Assembly: GCA_963733035.1 (NCBI GenBank)
Contig: CAVTBU010000005.1
Coordinates: forward strand, 1,568,001 to 1,632,000
From: Pirellulales bacterium
GTDB taxonomy: Bacteria > Planctomycetota > Planctomycetia > Pirellulales > PALSA-1355
Reading direction: 5' to 3'
DNA length: 64,000 bases
In this document: piece by piece, positions 17,899-27,774 of the stretch
How positions within the stretch are numbered: position 1 is the first letter of the stretch
Layout of the letters: every line of letters begins with the position of its first letter
Notes under the pieces: model-generated
Databases searched by the model: none
Told to the model about the DNA's origin: nothing
What the model saw: only the letters and a program-made list of their open reading frames with translations
Position numbers and translations under genes: made by a program

Positions 17899-19557
17899 GT
17901 GGGCACTGTCTTTAAGAAAACATATACCAAGCCGTTACCCGCTGACGCGACGCTTGTTGACCGCAACGGCAAGCCGCAAGCGCAGTGGCGCGATAGCAAG
18001 GGGAAGCTCCGTCGGGCCGACGTGACAACTGGCAAGGACGGGAGGGATCGGCTCTTCTTGACCGCTCGTACGTACACCGCCAAATACCGCGATGGCCAGG
18101 GCTTGCTGAAGGAAGTTGCGACCGGCTGCCGGGACGAAGCTGCGGCACGCGCTGTCCTCTCGGACCTGGAACGCCGCGCCGAAAAAGTGAAGGGAGGGCT
18201 CCTTACGCGCGAAGAGGCGGATGCGATCGATCATCAAGATCTGCCACTGGACCGGCAGTTCGAGACCTACTTGGTTAAGCTGCAAGCCGAAGGCACCACA
18301 TCCGTTCACCGCGCAAACGTACGCCGCTGCTTGTTTCGAATCGCGAAGGATTGCAAGTTCATGCAGCTGTCCCAGCTGTCCCGGGATGCTCTTGAGCGCT
18401 GGCTCGTAGCGCAACAGAAGGCTGGCATGAGTGCTCGGACTCGCAATATCTACCGAGCTGCCCTCGTGGCGTTCTGCAACTGGTGCCTGGAGACGGGGCG
18501 CATGCTAACCAACCCGTTCACGAAGGTGGCCAAGGCGGACGAGGTGGCGGACCCGCGCCGACAGAGGCGATCCTTGACTGAGGAAGAGCTTGGCCGCCTC
18601 ATTCAGGCCGCTCGCACCCGTCCCTTGGCCGAAGCCGCCACGGTGCGACGTGGACGCCGCAAGGGTCAGCCCGCGGCGTCGCTCAAGGCCAAGACGCGCC
18701 AGCGCCTGGAAAAGCTCGGCTGGGAGCGTGCACTGATTTACAAGACTCTGGTGCTCACCGGGCTCCGCCGAGGGGAATTGGCGTCCCTCACGATTGGTCA
18801 GCTGCGGCTGGATGAGCCGACGCCTTATCTCGTATTGAAGGCAGCCGATGAAAAGAACCGCCAAGGAGCCACCATCCCTGTCCGCGCGGACCTCGCGGAG
18901 GATCTGCGGAATTGGCTGGTGACGAAATCCCACGAGGCACTGGATTCCCCGCTCTTCACAGTACCCAAGGGCCTGATTCGCATTCTCGACCGCGACCTGG
19001 TTGCCGCGGGAATTGCTCGTAGAGTTCAGGTCGGACCAAACAAATGGGTGATCGACAAGCGGGATGATCGAGGCCGTACGGTTGACGTACATGCGTTAAG
19101 GCATACATTTGGTACACTGCTGACTAAAGGTGGGGTTATGCCTCGCACTGCCCAGGCAGCGATGCGTCACTCGGACGTGAACCTGACCATGAACACGTAC
19201 ACCGATCCCAAACTGCTCGACGTGTCTGCGGCGATCGCCGCTCTGCCCGAGCTCCCGCTGGGCGCTTGCGCAGTGGGAAATCAGCTCTCTGGGTCGCTGG
19301 GAGCCGTGTGCGATAAAGCTAGCGCCGCGGAATCTCGGCTTGCACCAGAGCTTGCACCAACGCCTTTCCAAGCTGGACCAATCGGGTCAATTGTAGACAC
19401 TGCGGTAAATGCGCCGAGCCATTGCTCAGTCGAGAAGGGTGTCGACGAAGGTGCCTTTGCTGACAAAGAGATACGGCCGTTGTCCATCTCAGACAACGGC
19501 CGTCAAGAAGAGCGGGCGAAGGGATTCGAACCCTCGACATCCAGCTTGGGAAGCTAG
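17899..19557 (+). CDS. Tyrosine recombinase/integrase
   Basis: LTGLRRGEL (R), EKNR (K), HALRHTF (HxxR) and MRHSDVNLTMNTY (H, Y). The stop codon lies within the tRNA, on its antisense strand. Confidence 0.95.
   Translation: MGTVFKKTYTKPLPADATLVDRNGKPQAQWRDSKGKLRRADVTTGKDGRDRLFLTARTYTAKYRDGQGLLKEVATGCRDEAAARAVLSDLERRAEKVKGGLLTREEADAIDHQDLPLDRQFETYLVKLQAEGTTSVHRANVRRCLFRIAKDCKFMQLSQLSRDALERWLVAQQKAGMSARTRNIYRAALVAFCNWCLETGRMLTNPFTKVAKADEVADPRRQRRSLTEEELGRLIQAARTRPLAEAATVRRGRRKGQPAASLKAKTRQRLEKLGWERALIYKTLVLTGLRRGELASLTIGQLRLDEPTPYLVLKAADEKNRQGATIPVRADLAEDLRNWLVTKSHEALDSPLFTVPKGLIRILDRDLVAAGIARRVQVGPNKWVIDKRDDRGRTVDVHALRHTFGTLLTKGGVMPRTAQAAMRHSDVNLTMNTYTDPKLLDVSAAIAALPELPLGACAVGNQLSGSLGAVCDKASAAESRLAPELAPTPFQAGPIGSIVDTAVNAPSHCSVEKGVDEGAFADKEIRPLSISDNGRQEERAKGFEPSTSSLGS
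19338..19359. repeat. Tandem 10-bp direct repeat, candidate integrase arm-type sites
   Basis: GCTTGCACCA-ga-GCTTGCACCA, about 150 nt from the tRNA 3' end. Confidence 0.5.
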
Positions 19558-19583
19558 CGCTCTACCAACTGAGCTACGCCCGC
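19511..19583 (-). tRNA. tRNA-Gly (anticodon CCC)
   Basis: GCGGGCGTAGCTCAGTTGGTAGAGCGCTAGCTTCCCAAGCTGGATGTCGAGGGTTCGAATCCCTTCGCCCGCT folds as a cloverleaf. CCA is not encoded. Confidence 0.97.
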
Positions 19584-19671
19584 AGGGTACCAGTTATCTT
19601 AGCTGATTTTGTTTGTGGATACAGCAAGGGCACCAGGAATTTGGTGGCTGCGACTATTGGCGCGGGGGGAA

Positions 19672-20442
19672 TTACGTAGGGCCGGAGCCGCGAAGGGCCT
19701 GGTCGATTCGCGATAGCGTCTGGCCAATGGGCTCGTGCAAGACGGCGTCGGCCGAGGCGTCCTGGTCGGTCGGGTCGCGGTTGACAATGACGAGTTTTGC
19801 GCCGGCGCGGCGGGCGACTTCCGGGAGGCCGGCCGCCGGGTAAACAACGAGCGACGATCCGATGGCCAAAAAGACATCGCTTTGCGCAGCCAACGCGGCG
19901 GACGCTTCCAGGATGTCGGTCGGCAGCGCCTGGCCAAACGATACAGTCGCACTTTTCAAACGTCCGCCGCACGCCGGGCAGTCGGGCACCGCCTGCTTTT
20001 CGCGAAACTCCGCCAGCAGCGGTAGCGGCTCGTAGCGCTGGTCGCAGTCGAGGCAAACAATCCACCGCACGGTGCCATGCAATTCGAGCACGCACTGGCT
20101 CCCCGCCAGTTGGTGCAGGCCGTCGATGTTTTGGGTGACCACGCCGGCCACGCGACCTTCCTGCTCCCAGCGGGCAATGATGCGGTGGCCAACGTTCGGT
20201 TCGGCTTGCACGAAGTCATCGGCGGCTAGCGCCTTCTGTCGCCAGTATTCAAAGCGGGCCGCGGCCGACGCAAGAAACTCGTCGTAGTAGACCGGCTTGT
20301 TCTGCGACCAAACGCCGCCGGGCGAGCGAAAGTCTGGAATACCGCTCTCGGTACTCATACCGGCGCCCGTAAAAACCACGGCTCGCCGGGCGTCGGCCAA
20401 CCAGCCCGCTACGCGCTCGATGGGGGAGTCTCTGCGCATCAT
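19672..20442 (-). CDS. cobB: NAD-dependent deacylase (sirtuin)
   Basis: FTGAGMSTESGIPDFR, TQNIDGLH, ELHG, two CxxC motifs and GSSLVVYPAAGLP. Confidence 0.9.
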   Translation of the reverse strand: MMRRDSPIERVAGWLADARRAVVFTGAGMSTESGIPDFRSPGGVWSQNKPVYYDEFLASAAARFEYWRQKALAADDFVQAEPNVGHRIIARWEQEGRVAGVVTQNIDGLHQLAGSQCVLELHGTVRWIVCLDCDQRYEPLPLLAEFREKQAVPDCPACGGRLKSATVSFGQALPTDILEASAALAAQSDVFLAIGSSLVVYPAAGLPEVARRAGAKLVIVNRDPTDQDASADAVLHEPIGQTLSRIDQALRGSGPT

Positions 20443-20531
20443 CGCCGCAACCTCGACCAGATTGAAATGACGTTGCCACGCTGAGAAAGTTGTATGCCGG
20501 TTGAAGGTCGGTTTGCAAACGGGCGACAGGT

Positions 20532-22344
20532 TTACACTGCGCCCTCCAGGTCGGCCCAGCGATTGAACGCGACCGCCAAACGGTCTTCCAACTCCTTCAG
20601 AAGTGCTTGCTTGGCCGCGATTTGTTCCCCCGGCTGACGGTAGAACGTCTCGCGGGCCATTTCCTGGTGCAAATCTCTGATTTGCAACTCGAGGCTCTCG
20701 ATGCTGCCGGGCAAGGTTTGGAGTTCCTGCTGCTCTTTGTAGGACAGGCGGCGTTTGCCCTGACCCGATGATCGCTGGTTTGCGGACGCCGACTTCGTTG
20801 CCGCCGGTATTGCTGTTTGTTTCGACGCGACGTCGCGAGGGCGATTCTGGCGTTGTCGCAGCCAGTCGTCATAGCCGCCGACGTACTCCTTCGCGTTTCC
20901 GTCTTCGAATACGATTGAGCTTGTCACGACGTTGTTCAAAAAGGCCCGATCGTGGCTCACCACGAGCACCGTTCCTTGAAACGTCACGAGTCGCTCTTCG
21001 AGCAGTTCGAGTGTTTCCGCGTCGAGGTCGTTAGTCGGCTCGTCGAGCACGATTACGTTTGCCGGCTTGGCGAACAGCCTGGCCAACAGCACGCGATTGC
21101 ACTCGCCTCCGGAAAGAAATTTCACCGCGGTGCGCGAACGCTCGGGGCTGAATAGGAACTCTCCGAGGTAGCCAATTACGTGGCGAACATTGCCCCCGAT
21201 GTTTACCGTGTCGTAACCATCGCCGACGTTGTCCTGCACCGAAGCGTTCTCGTCCAGCTGCTCGCGAAGTTGGTCGAAGTAGGCGATTTCCAGGTTCGTC
21301 CCCAAACGCGCGGTGCCCGACTGTGGCTCGAGCTTGCCGAGCAGCAGCCGCAAGAGGGTCGTCTTACCGGCACCGTTGGGGCCGAAGATGCCGACCTTGT
21401 CGCCTCGTAGAATCGTGGTCGAGAAGTTCTTGACGATCGATTGCTGGCCATAGCAGAACGACACGTCATCCAATTCGGCCACCAACGTCCCGCTCCGCTG
21501 CGCCTCCTGGATCGACATTCGCACGTTGCCGTCGCGTTCTCGCCGCTGTGCGCGCTCGCGCCGCATTTGCTCAAGGGCACGCACTCGCCCCTCGTTGCGC
21601 GTGCGCCGGGCTTTGATGCCTGTGCGAATCCAAACCTCCTCCTCGGCCAGCTTTTTGTCGAACAACGCGTTCTGCTTTTCTTCGGCCACGAGCAATTCCT
21701 CCTTGCGTGCCAGGAATGTGTCGTAGTCGCACGACCAATCGAACAGCCTGCCGCGGTCAATTTCCAGTATGCGCGTGGCCAGGCGCCGCAAGAACATCCG
21801 GTCGTGCGTGACGAAGACCAGTGCAACGCTCGTCCGCCCCAAAAACTCCTCGAGCCAATCGATGGCGTCCACATCGAGATGATTGGTCGGTTCGTCAAGC
21901 AGCAGCACGTCGGGCGACGAAACCAGCGCTCGGGCCAGTAGCACGCGGCGTTTCATGCCCGCCGAAAGCGTCTCGAACTCGGCATCGGCCGGAAGCTGCA
22001 TCTGGGCGATTAGCCGGTCACGTTGCTGCTCGGCGCGCCACGCTTGTTCCGGGTCGGCAGCCAATTCACCCATTCCCTCCGCGATTACCTTGCGGACATT
22101 TCCGGTCAGATCTCGCGGCACATCCTGCGGCAACAGCGCCACGCGCAGTCCCCGGGACAAAACTTACCTGACCCGAGTCCGGCTGCACTTCGCCGCTTAA
22201 GATTCGCAGGAAGGTTGTCTTGCCGGCACCGTTGCGGCCGAGCAGCGCGACACGCTGCCCGGACTCGATATTACAGGACACACCGTCGAGCAGCGCTGGT
22301 CCGCGAAACCCGATGGTCAGATCGCTAACAGTAATCAGAGCCAT
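20532..22344 (-). CDS. uup: ABC-F family ATPase, Uup-like (frameshift near 22150-22162)
   Basis: GRNGAGKTT in the upstream frame, then LDEPTNHLD, GIKARRTRNEGRVRAL, GPNGAGKTT and the C-terminal LSYKEQQEL coiled coil. Confidence 0.88.
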
Positions 22345-22459
22345 CAACCCACGGCCGACGAGCGGTAGGAACAAGAGTACGAAGAACGATGCTCCGTATT
22401 ATGGCAAAACCTCTGGCGGCCCCGATATGCCTATTTCGCGCGGTGTGCGTTTGAGGCGT

Positions 22460-23425
22460 CTAGTTCGCACTCAATTTGTCGATCAGAAATTTTTCGATCG
22501 AGCCGTATTTCGTGTCCTTGTGTCCCGGGTACGAGACAACCGCTTCCACGCCGGCGTTTTCGAGGACCTCGGCCAGTTGTACGCCGTACATGGCCGAGTG
22601 CGTGGGGTCGCGCTCTTCCTGGCCGATTTTGGGAGACTGCTTTTGATTGGGGTAGTCGAGATAGATCGGCGGATCGTCCTTGGTCACCAATTCGATCGGG
22701 GAGTACTCCTTGATCCAGGGCAATACCTTCTCTCGATTGGCGATCAGGAGTTCGAACTCCTCTGGTCGGCCCCGTCCCGCGGCGGCAAAACCGAAGGCAT
22801 GACCGCCATAGATCGCATTGGGAATCCACTCGCGAAGCTGCTTGGGGTCGAGCGACGTCTGCGCTCCGGACACTGCCGCGCAGGTGAGGCGAGACGACTC
22901 GCGTGCAATCGGATCGCTGCTGGCGGGGTCGGCCAAATCATCGTGCAGTGCCAGCCAGACCGATGTGCAAGCGCCGGCCGAGCCGCCCGTTGCGCCGACC
23001 CGCGTGGGATCGAGATTCCACTGCTTGGCTTTCGAACGGATCGTCTGCAGCGCGCGGGCGGCGTCATGCAAGGGGGCCTTGACGGGCGGCTCGACGTGCT
23101 GCTGCATGGCTTGCTCGATAAATCGGTAGTTGATGGCGGCCACGGAAATGCCCGCGTCCAAATAGGGTTGAATTGACTTCGTGCCGTAGGTCGATTTGTC
23201 GCCACCGCGCCAGCCGCCGCCGTGAATCAGCAGCACCAGCGGCGTCGGCTCGTCCGACTGCGCCTGCCAGAAGTCGAACTTCTGCCGCTCGGAATCGTCT
23301 CCATAGAAAAAGTCCGCGACCGAGGGCGTCGGGCGGTCTGGGGAGTTGCGCTGGCGGGCGTTCTGCGCCGGTGCAACCGAGGGAATCAAGAGCAGGGCGG
23401 CAACAAGCAAACTTTTTGATTTCAT
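22460..23425 (-). CDS. Secreted alpha/beta hydrolase (esterase/lipase)
   Basis: Signal peptide, IHGGGW, INYR and nucleophile motif GGSAG. Confidence 0.88.
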   Translation of the reverse strand: MKSKSLLVAALLLIPSVAPAQNARQRNSPDRPTPSVADFFYGDDSERQKFDFWQAQSDEPTPLVLLIHGGGWRGGDKSTYGTKSIQPYLDAGISVAAINYRFIEQAMQQHVEPPVKAPLHDAARALQTIRSKAKQWNLDPTRVGATGGSAGACTSVWLALHDDLADPASSDPIARESSRLTCAAVSGAQTSLDPKQLREWIPNAIYGGHAFGFAAAGRGRPEEFELLIANREKVLPWIKEYSPIELVTKDDPPIYLDYPNQKQSPKIGQEERDPTHSAMYGVQLAEVLENAGVEAVVSYPGHKDTKYGSIEKFLIDKLSAN

Positions 23426-23587
23426 GGCAGGATTTCCAGGTTGGCCAACTTGCGGGGAAGCCGACGGTTCGAGCGCCTATCGTCGACGAGTTGACGGTTC
23501 GAGTCAAGCAACTCCTCGCACGAGACGCGGTGGCGAAGCATTGTGCCGGCGGCACGCTTCGAACCAGTTTGTCGGACACGGTTGCAA

Positions 23588-26500
23588 CTACTTCCCGCTT
23601 CGCTCCCAACCGGTCAATTGCCGGTACACGTCTTCCCGTGGGAGTTTCGCCTGATTGAGGGGCATGGCGACTGCGGCGGGCCGCGCGAGAAAGCCGGCCG
23701 CGCGGCGCTGTTCGTTTGCCTCTTGTTCCAGCGATGCGAGCCAGGCGGGAACTTCCAGCCCAATGCCGGTCGGCTCTTGCGTGAGTTCGGCGGTTTCCTG
23801 CTCCAACTGGTCAAACGGTCCACCGGGCTGCGGGGCGGCGCCCGCTTTCACGGCTTCCATGGCGGGCCGGATCAAGGCGCGCAAACGGTCGATCACCAGC
23901 GGCTGAACAAAGCGCTCGGCAATGCGATCGGTGACCGTGGGCAGACGCATCGCATATTTCTGCCGCAATTCGGCGCCGCGCGTTTGCAGTGTGTCGGCCA
24001 GTTCGCTGGTGCGGTCGGCCAGCGCCCGGCGCCACATTTCGGCCGCGCCGTTTCGCCCTCGCTGCACGAGTACCGCATGCGCGATCAAGACCGGCCTCAG
24101 ATGCCACGCCACGCGGTCGTAGTGCACGCGAAGCCGCAGAAAGTCGAGCAGCGTGTAAATCATCTCGCCGCGGTCCGATTGCGTGGTCGTGCTATTGTAG
24201 TCGCGATACTCGCTGTAGTTCTCGACCACTGCTTCGATAACGAGATGCAACTGCTTGATTGCCTCGGCGCGCGAAACCTCCCGCCCCAACTCGTTAAGCA
24301 AGCGCAGTTCAGTGTCATCGGCCAGGGCAGGTTCTTCGACCAGTCGATCGAGCCACGCATCGACCCCCTGGTGCAGAATCGCCCGCAGATTGCCCATGTT
24401 CAGGAATCGCTGCGTAAATAAGTCGCCCCCGTAACGTTGGACAAACTGGACGAGCGACCGCCAGGCCCGGTCGTCGACAATCCGCTCGAGCACGGACAGG
24501 CGAAGCGTGCGACTGTGGGCCAGCCACTGCTTGAGCAGTGACTCGGTCACGCGCTCGAGCGCCTCGACCAACTCATTGTCTGTTTCTTCGGCGTCCCGGC
24601 CCGTGGCCCAATCGGACGACATCTCCACGATCGACTCCACGATCGATTCGTAACCGGCGGAGAACAAGCGGTCATATTCGCTGATTGCTCCCGGGCCCAC
24701 CGGATTAGTCGATTCCATCAGCCGCGCCACTTCTAGCAGTTGACAGGTCTCGGCAATGAGTCCCAGCTTGGGCAGCCACTGCAACAGGTCGCGCAGGAGT
24801 TGCTGCCGTACGCGCGCCTGCACCAATTGCGCCGGTTCGCCACCCTTGCTAACAGGTACGTATAGCAGCGTCTGGCTTTCCAGATTTGCGAGCAGTTCCG
24901 GCCAGCGACTTTTGACACCGGTGGCATCCTGCCGCACGATCGCTCGCAGGACGTCGACCGTGACATCCGAAGGCGTCTCAGCCCGTTCGGCGGGCAAGCC
25001 GGCGCGCATGATTCGTGATGCATCTTCAATTTCAATCGCCGCGGTGACGATCTTCTCCGTGAGCGATTCCTTGATCGCCCGACGGCGATCGAATTCAAGC
25101 AACGAATCTCGCGTATTCGACGGCGCGGGCACGCGGCGTTGACTTACTTCCCGCAATAAACTTAAAAGCCCTTGTTCGTTGGCACTTGCCTGTGCGAGCC
25201 AGCGCTGGAGCGTCGGCGAGTCGAGTGGTGCGTCGCTGGTGGGCCCTGCGGCCAGGGCAGCCTGTTTCCACAGCGAGGCGACCGTCTGCAGCAGTGTCAA
25301 CCGCTCACCCACGCGGCGCGCCTCGTGTTCGAGTTCAAAGTCGGTAACCGAGCCCGCGCCGCTTTCCAACATGTCGGCATCGATGCCGTCGGCCGTGCTG
25401 TCGACATACACGACTTCGTCATACGCGGCGCTGAACAGTCCTTCGTCTTCTTCGTCGTCGTCGAGCAAGTCGTCCTCTTCCAACTCGCGATCGTCGATGA
25501 CATCGCCGACTCCCGAACCGAGCAATTCGAGCGAAGGCACGCGCCAGTAGTCTTCCGCATTGGCTTCAAGGAGTTCGAAAAACCGGGTGATCAAGACGTT
25601 TCGGGCGTCGCCGGAAAGCTGTGGCGCGGAATCCGATGAGGACGAACAGAGTTGCGCGAGCCACCGCCGGGCCAGCGTATGGAACGAATATTCTCCCTGC
25701 TTGAGCGCGATTGAGCCGGCCTGGCTGAGCCATTGCATCAACAATGCCATCGCGGCGACCAGGTCGGGCTGCCGGCAAAGTGAGGCAACTACCAAGGCGT
25801 AGGCCTTCGGCGAATTGAACTGGGCCACCCGGTTCCGCCAAAATGCAATATCACCCGCGGCAGCGCCGGCCTGATGAAACGCCGACAATGCTTGGGCAAC
25901 TTCGCGCGCCGAATCGAAGGCCTCGGCTCCGCTAAAGCCTTCGATGCTTTCAATGCTTGTGGGCGCGAACTGATCCCACCAGGCCGTCAGTTCGCTCATG
26001 CGATGTGAAAGCACGGCTTGCAACGATTCTTCGTTGCGCGCCGCGGCTTCGCTCCAAAGTCGAGCATACAGCCCGACGATCTGCTCCATCAATTCGATGA
26101 GTTGTTCCAAGCGATGGTCTGGGACGCTGTTTTCCGGCGACGGAAACAAGCTAAATTGTCCTTGAAAGCCGAGAATATTCCACGGATCGACCAAGGCGCC
26201 GCACTCGATCGCGCGGTGAAGAAAATCTTCGGCCTCGACCAGCAGCGTCGACGCCTTATCCGGGTCCCCCGCGTCGAGGGCCAAATGTCCAGTCGTGAGA
26301 CGACATTGGATTTCGCAGACCATCCTTGCCGCGGCCACCGGAACGACTCGAGCCTGTCGCAAGGCCGCGTCTGGATACCCCATGCGCGCGAAGAGGAGCG
26401 CCAAATGAACATGTTCGAGTTGCGCGGCACGGCGGCGAGCCAATTGTTGATTGAGATGTTGGCGCGCCGCCGATAATGGCTGTTTGCCGGCAACCGCTTC

Positions 26501-27601
26501 GTCCCGCAACCGCTCGCCGTGACTTCCGCCCAGTCGAGCGATGAATTGCTCGTAAAAGGCATCGCGGTAGCCGGCGATCCGAGGTAGCAACGTGGAAAGC
26601 GTCGTCGCGGAATCGTGCGCGTCGGGTCCACTGCCGCTGGTGCCCGAGGCCATCAACATCGTGCCGGCCAGCACTGCCGCTGCTTCGAGCAGCAGCTCCT
26701 CGGGTGGCAGACTTCCTGGCTGATCCACGCGATCGAGCAGCACGTCGAGCGTGACCTGTTGGACGACGAACCGGCGGTAACGTCCCTGCCCGTCGATGTG
26801 ATGGGGATCCCATTGGCCGAAATGATAGTTTGGCCGTTTGTTCACGGGGTGGTCGAAATCGTAGGCCCGCGGATCGAACGCCAGTTCGTCGAGCAGTTCC
26901 GGATCAAACCAGGCATCGCGCAGAATCACCGGATCGGTGCCGTGCAGGATCTCCAGTGCCCGCTCGACGATTTTTTGATAGCGTCCGGTTCCGACGCCGG
27001 CGGATCGCACGTAGAGCGGGATGGGACGGACCCATTCGTGCGGGTACGGTTCGATCTTTTGCGCGGTCCTCAAGACGGCGACGGGTCGGTGCCCGACGAA
27101 ATCGTTCAAATGGGCAATGGCACCCGACGTGATTCGATCGTCTTCGTCCCAGGGCCCCCCCTGCTGCAAGAGGGCTTCGATTGCGCGGCCAACGAACAGG
27201 GGTCGCCAAATGGAGGAATCTGGCTGATGAAAGAGCAAGTCCTGGTGAAATCGACGGTAGTGTGGGGGAAATACCTCACCGGCCAGCCGCAACACTTGTT
27301 GAGCCTGCTCGACATTGCTAAAGGCGCCGGTCCCGCCGGCTACGGCGCGTAACTGTTCTTGGAGTTCGGCATAGACCGCGGGCCACGTCGCCGCGGTCCC
27401 TTGCTCTGCATTGCCCGAATCCTCAACGGCCTCGAACAGGCAATTGAGATTTGCCAGGAACTGCGGATCAGGTGTACCTGACGAGAAGTTCAGATAGCCG
27501 AGCAACTCCAGAAACTGGGCGGGACTCGGTTGGGGGGCCTCTCTACCGGTCATGGGCACTTGCCTGTGGATCTTGCTGGGTTCTGCCTCATGGTAGGACA
27601 T
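23588..27601 (-). CDS. Large hypothetical protein (about 1340 aa)
   Basis: Long uninterrupted ORF with protein-like composition and a central acidic tract. No motif recognised. Start uncertain (27748, 27601 or later). Confidence 0.8.
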   Translation of the reverse strand: MSYHEAEPSKIHRQVPMTGREAPQPSPAQFLELLGYLNFSSGTPDPQFLANLNCLFEAVEDSGNAEQGTAATWPAVYAELQEQLRAVAGGTGAFSNVEQAQQVLRLAGEVFPPHYRRFHQDLLFHQPDSSIWRPLFVGRAIEALLQQGGPWDEDDRITSGAIAHLNDFVGHRPVAVLRTAQKIEPYPHEWVRPIPLYVRSAGVGTGRYQKIVERALEILHGTDPVILRDAWFDPELLDELAFDPRAYDFDHPVNKRPNYHFGQWDPHHIDGQGRYRRFVVQQVTLDVLLDRVDQPGSLPPEELLLEAAAVLAGTMLMASGTSGSGPDAHDSATTLSTLLPRIAGYRDAFYEQFIARLGGSHGERLRDEAVAGKQPLSAARQHLNQQLARRRAAQLEHVHLALLFARMGYPDAALRQARVVPVAAARMVCEIQCRLTTGHLALDAGDPDKASTLLVEAEDFLHRAIECGALVDPWNILGFQGQFSLFPSPENSVPDHRLEQLIELMEQIVGLYARLWSEAAARNEESLQAVLSHRMSELTAWWDQFAPTSIESIEGFSGAEAFDSAREVAQALSAFHQAGAAAGDIAFWRNRVAQFNSPKAYALVVASLCRQPDLVAAMALLMQWLSQAGSIALKQGEYSFHTLARRWLAQLCSSSSDSAPQLSGDARNVLITRFFELLEANAEDYWRVPSLELLGSGVGDVIDDRELEEDDLLDDDEEDEGLFSAAYDEVVYVDSTADGIDADMLESGAGSVTDFELEHEARRVGERLTLLQTVASLWKQAALAAGPTSDAPLDSPTLQRWLAQASANEQGLLSLLREVSQRRVPAPSNTRDSLLEFDRRRAIKESLTEKIVTAAIEIEDASRIMRAGLPAERAETPSDVTVDVLRAIVRQDATGVKSRWPELLANLESQTLLYVPVSKGGEPAQLVQARVRQQLLRDLLQWLPKLGLIAETCQLLEVARLMESTNPVGPGAISEYDRLFSAGYESIVESIVEMSSDWATGRDAEETDNELVEALERVTESLLKQWLAHSRTLRLSVLERIVDDRAWRSLVQFVQRYGGDLFTQRFLNMGNLRAILHQGVDAWLDRLVEEPALADDTELRLLNELGREVSRAEAIKQLHLVIEAVVENYSEYRDYNSTTTQSDRGEMIYTLLDFLRLRVHYDRVAWHLRPVLIAHAVLVQRGRNGAAEMWRRALADRTSELADTLQTRGAELRQKYAMRLPTVTDRIAERFVQPLVIDRLRALIRPAMEAVKAGAAPQPGGPFDQLEQETAELTQEPTGIGLEVPAWLASLEQEANEQRRAAGFLARPAAVAMPLNQAKLPREDVYRQLTGWERSGK

Positions 27602-27774
27602 CGCGAGGGAGTTGGTCCAGCGGGGTACGAGAGGCGGGCGCGAGACGTAGACCGAAGTTTCAGTGCTTTTGGAGCCAGGCCGCGTATCGACTATAGTGGA
27701 AGGAGCCCGCTCGGTTCCTACTAAATACCTTGGGGGCTGCCTTCCCATCGGAACAGATCTCGGAGTTTTCTCTC

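Larger units (their letters stand above)
14166..19583 (+). mobile_element. Core module of a tRNA-Gly-integrated element (IME or satellite-like); left boundary not seen
   Basis: AlpA/excisionase, TOPRIM-P-loop replication protein, XRE HTH and tyrosine integrase abut the tRNA 3' end. No capsid or conjugation genes are visible. Confidence 0.82.

Noticed and set aside
14166..19557. Prophage or conjugative element
   Set aside because: No capsid, terminase, tail, relaxase or type IV secretion genes in the window.
19672..20442. Sir2 protein as anti-phage defence next to the island
   Set aside because: It has full CobB-type deacylase motifs with a zinc ribbon, has no defence partner gene, and lies on the host side of the tRNA.
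22220..24421. Long opposite-strand ORFs such as 22220-23176 and 23543-24421
   Set aside because: They are antisense shadows of well-supported genes in GC-rich DNA and carry no motifs.
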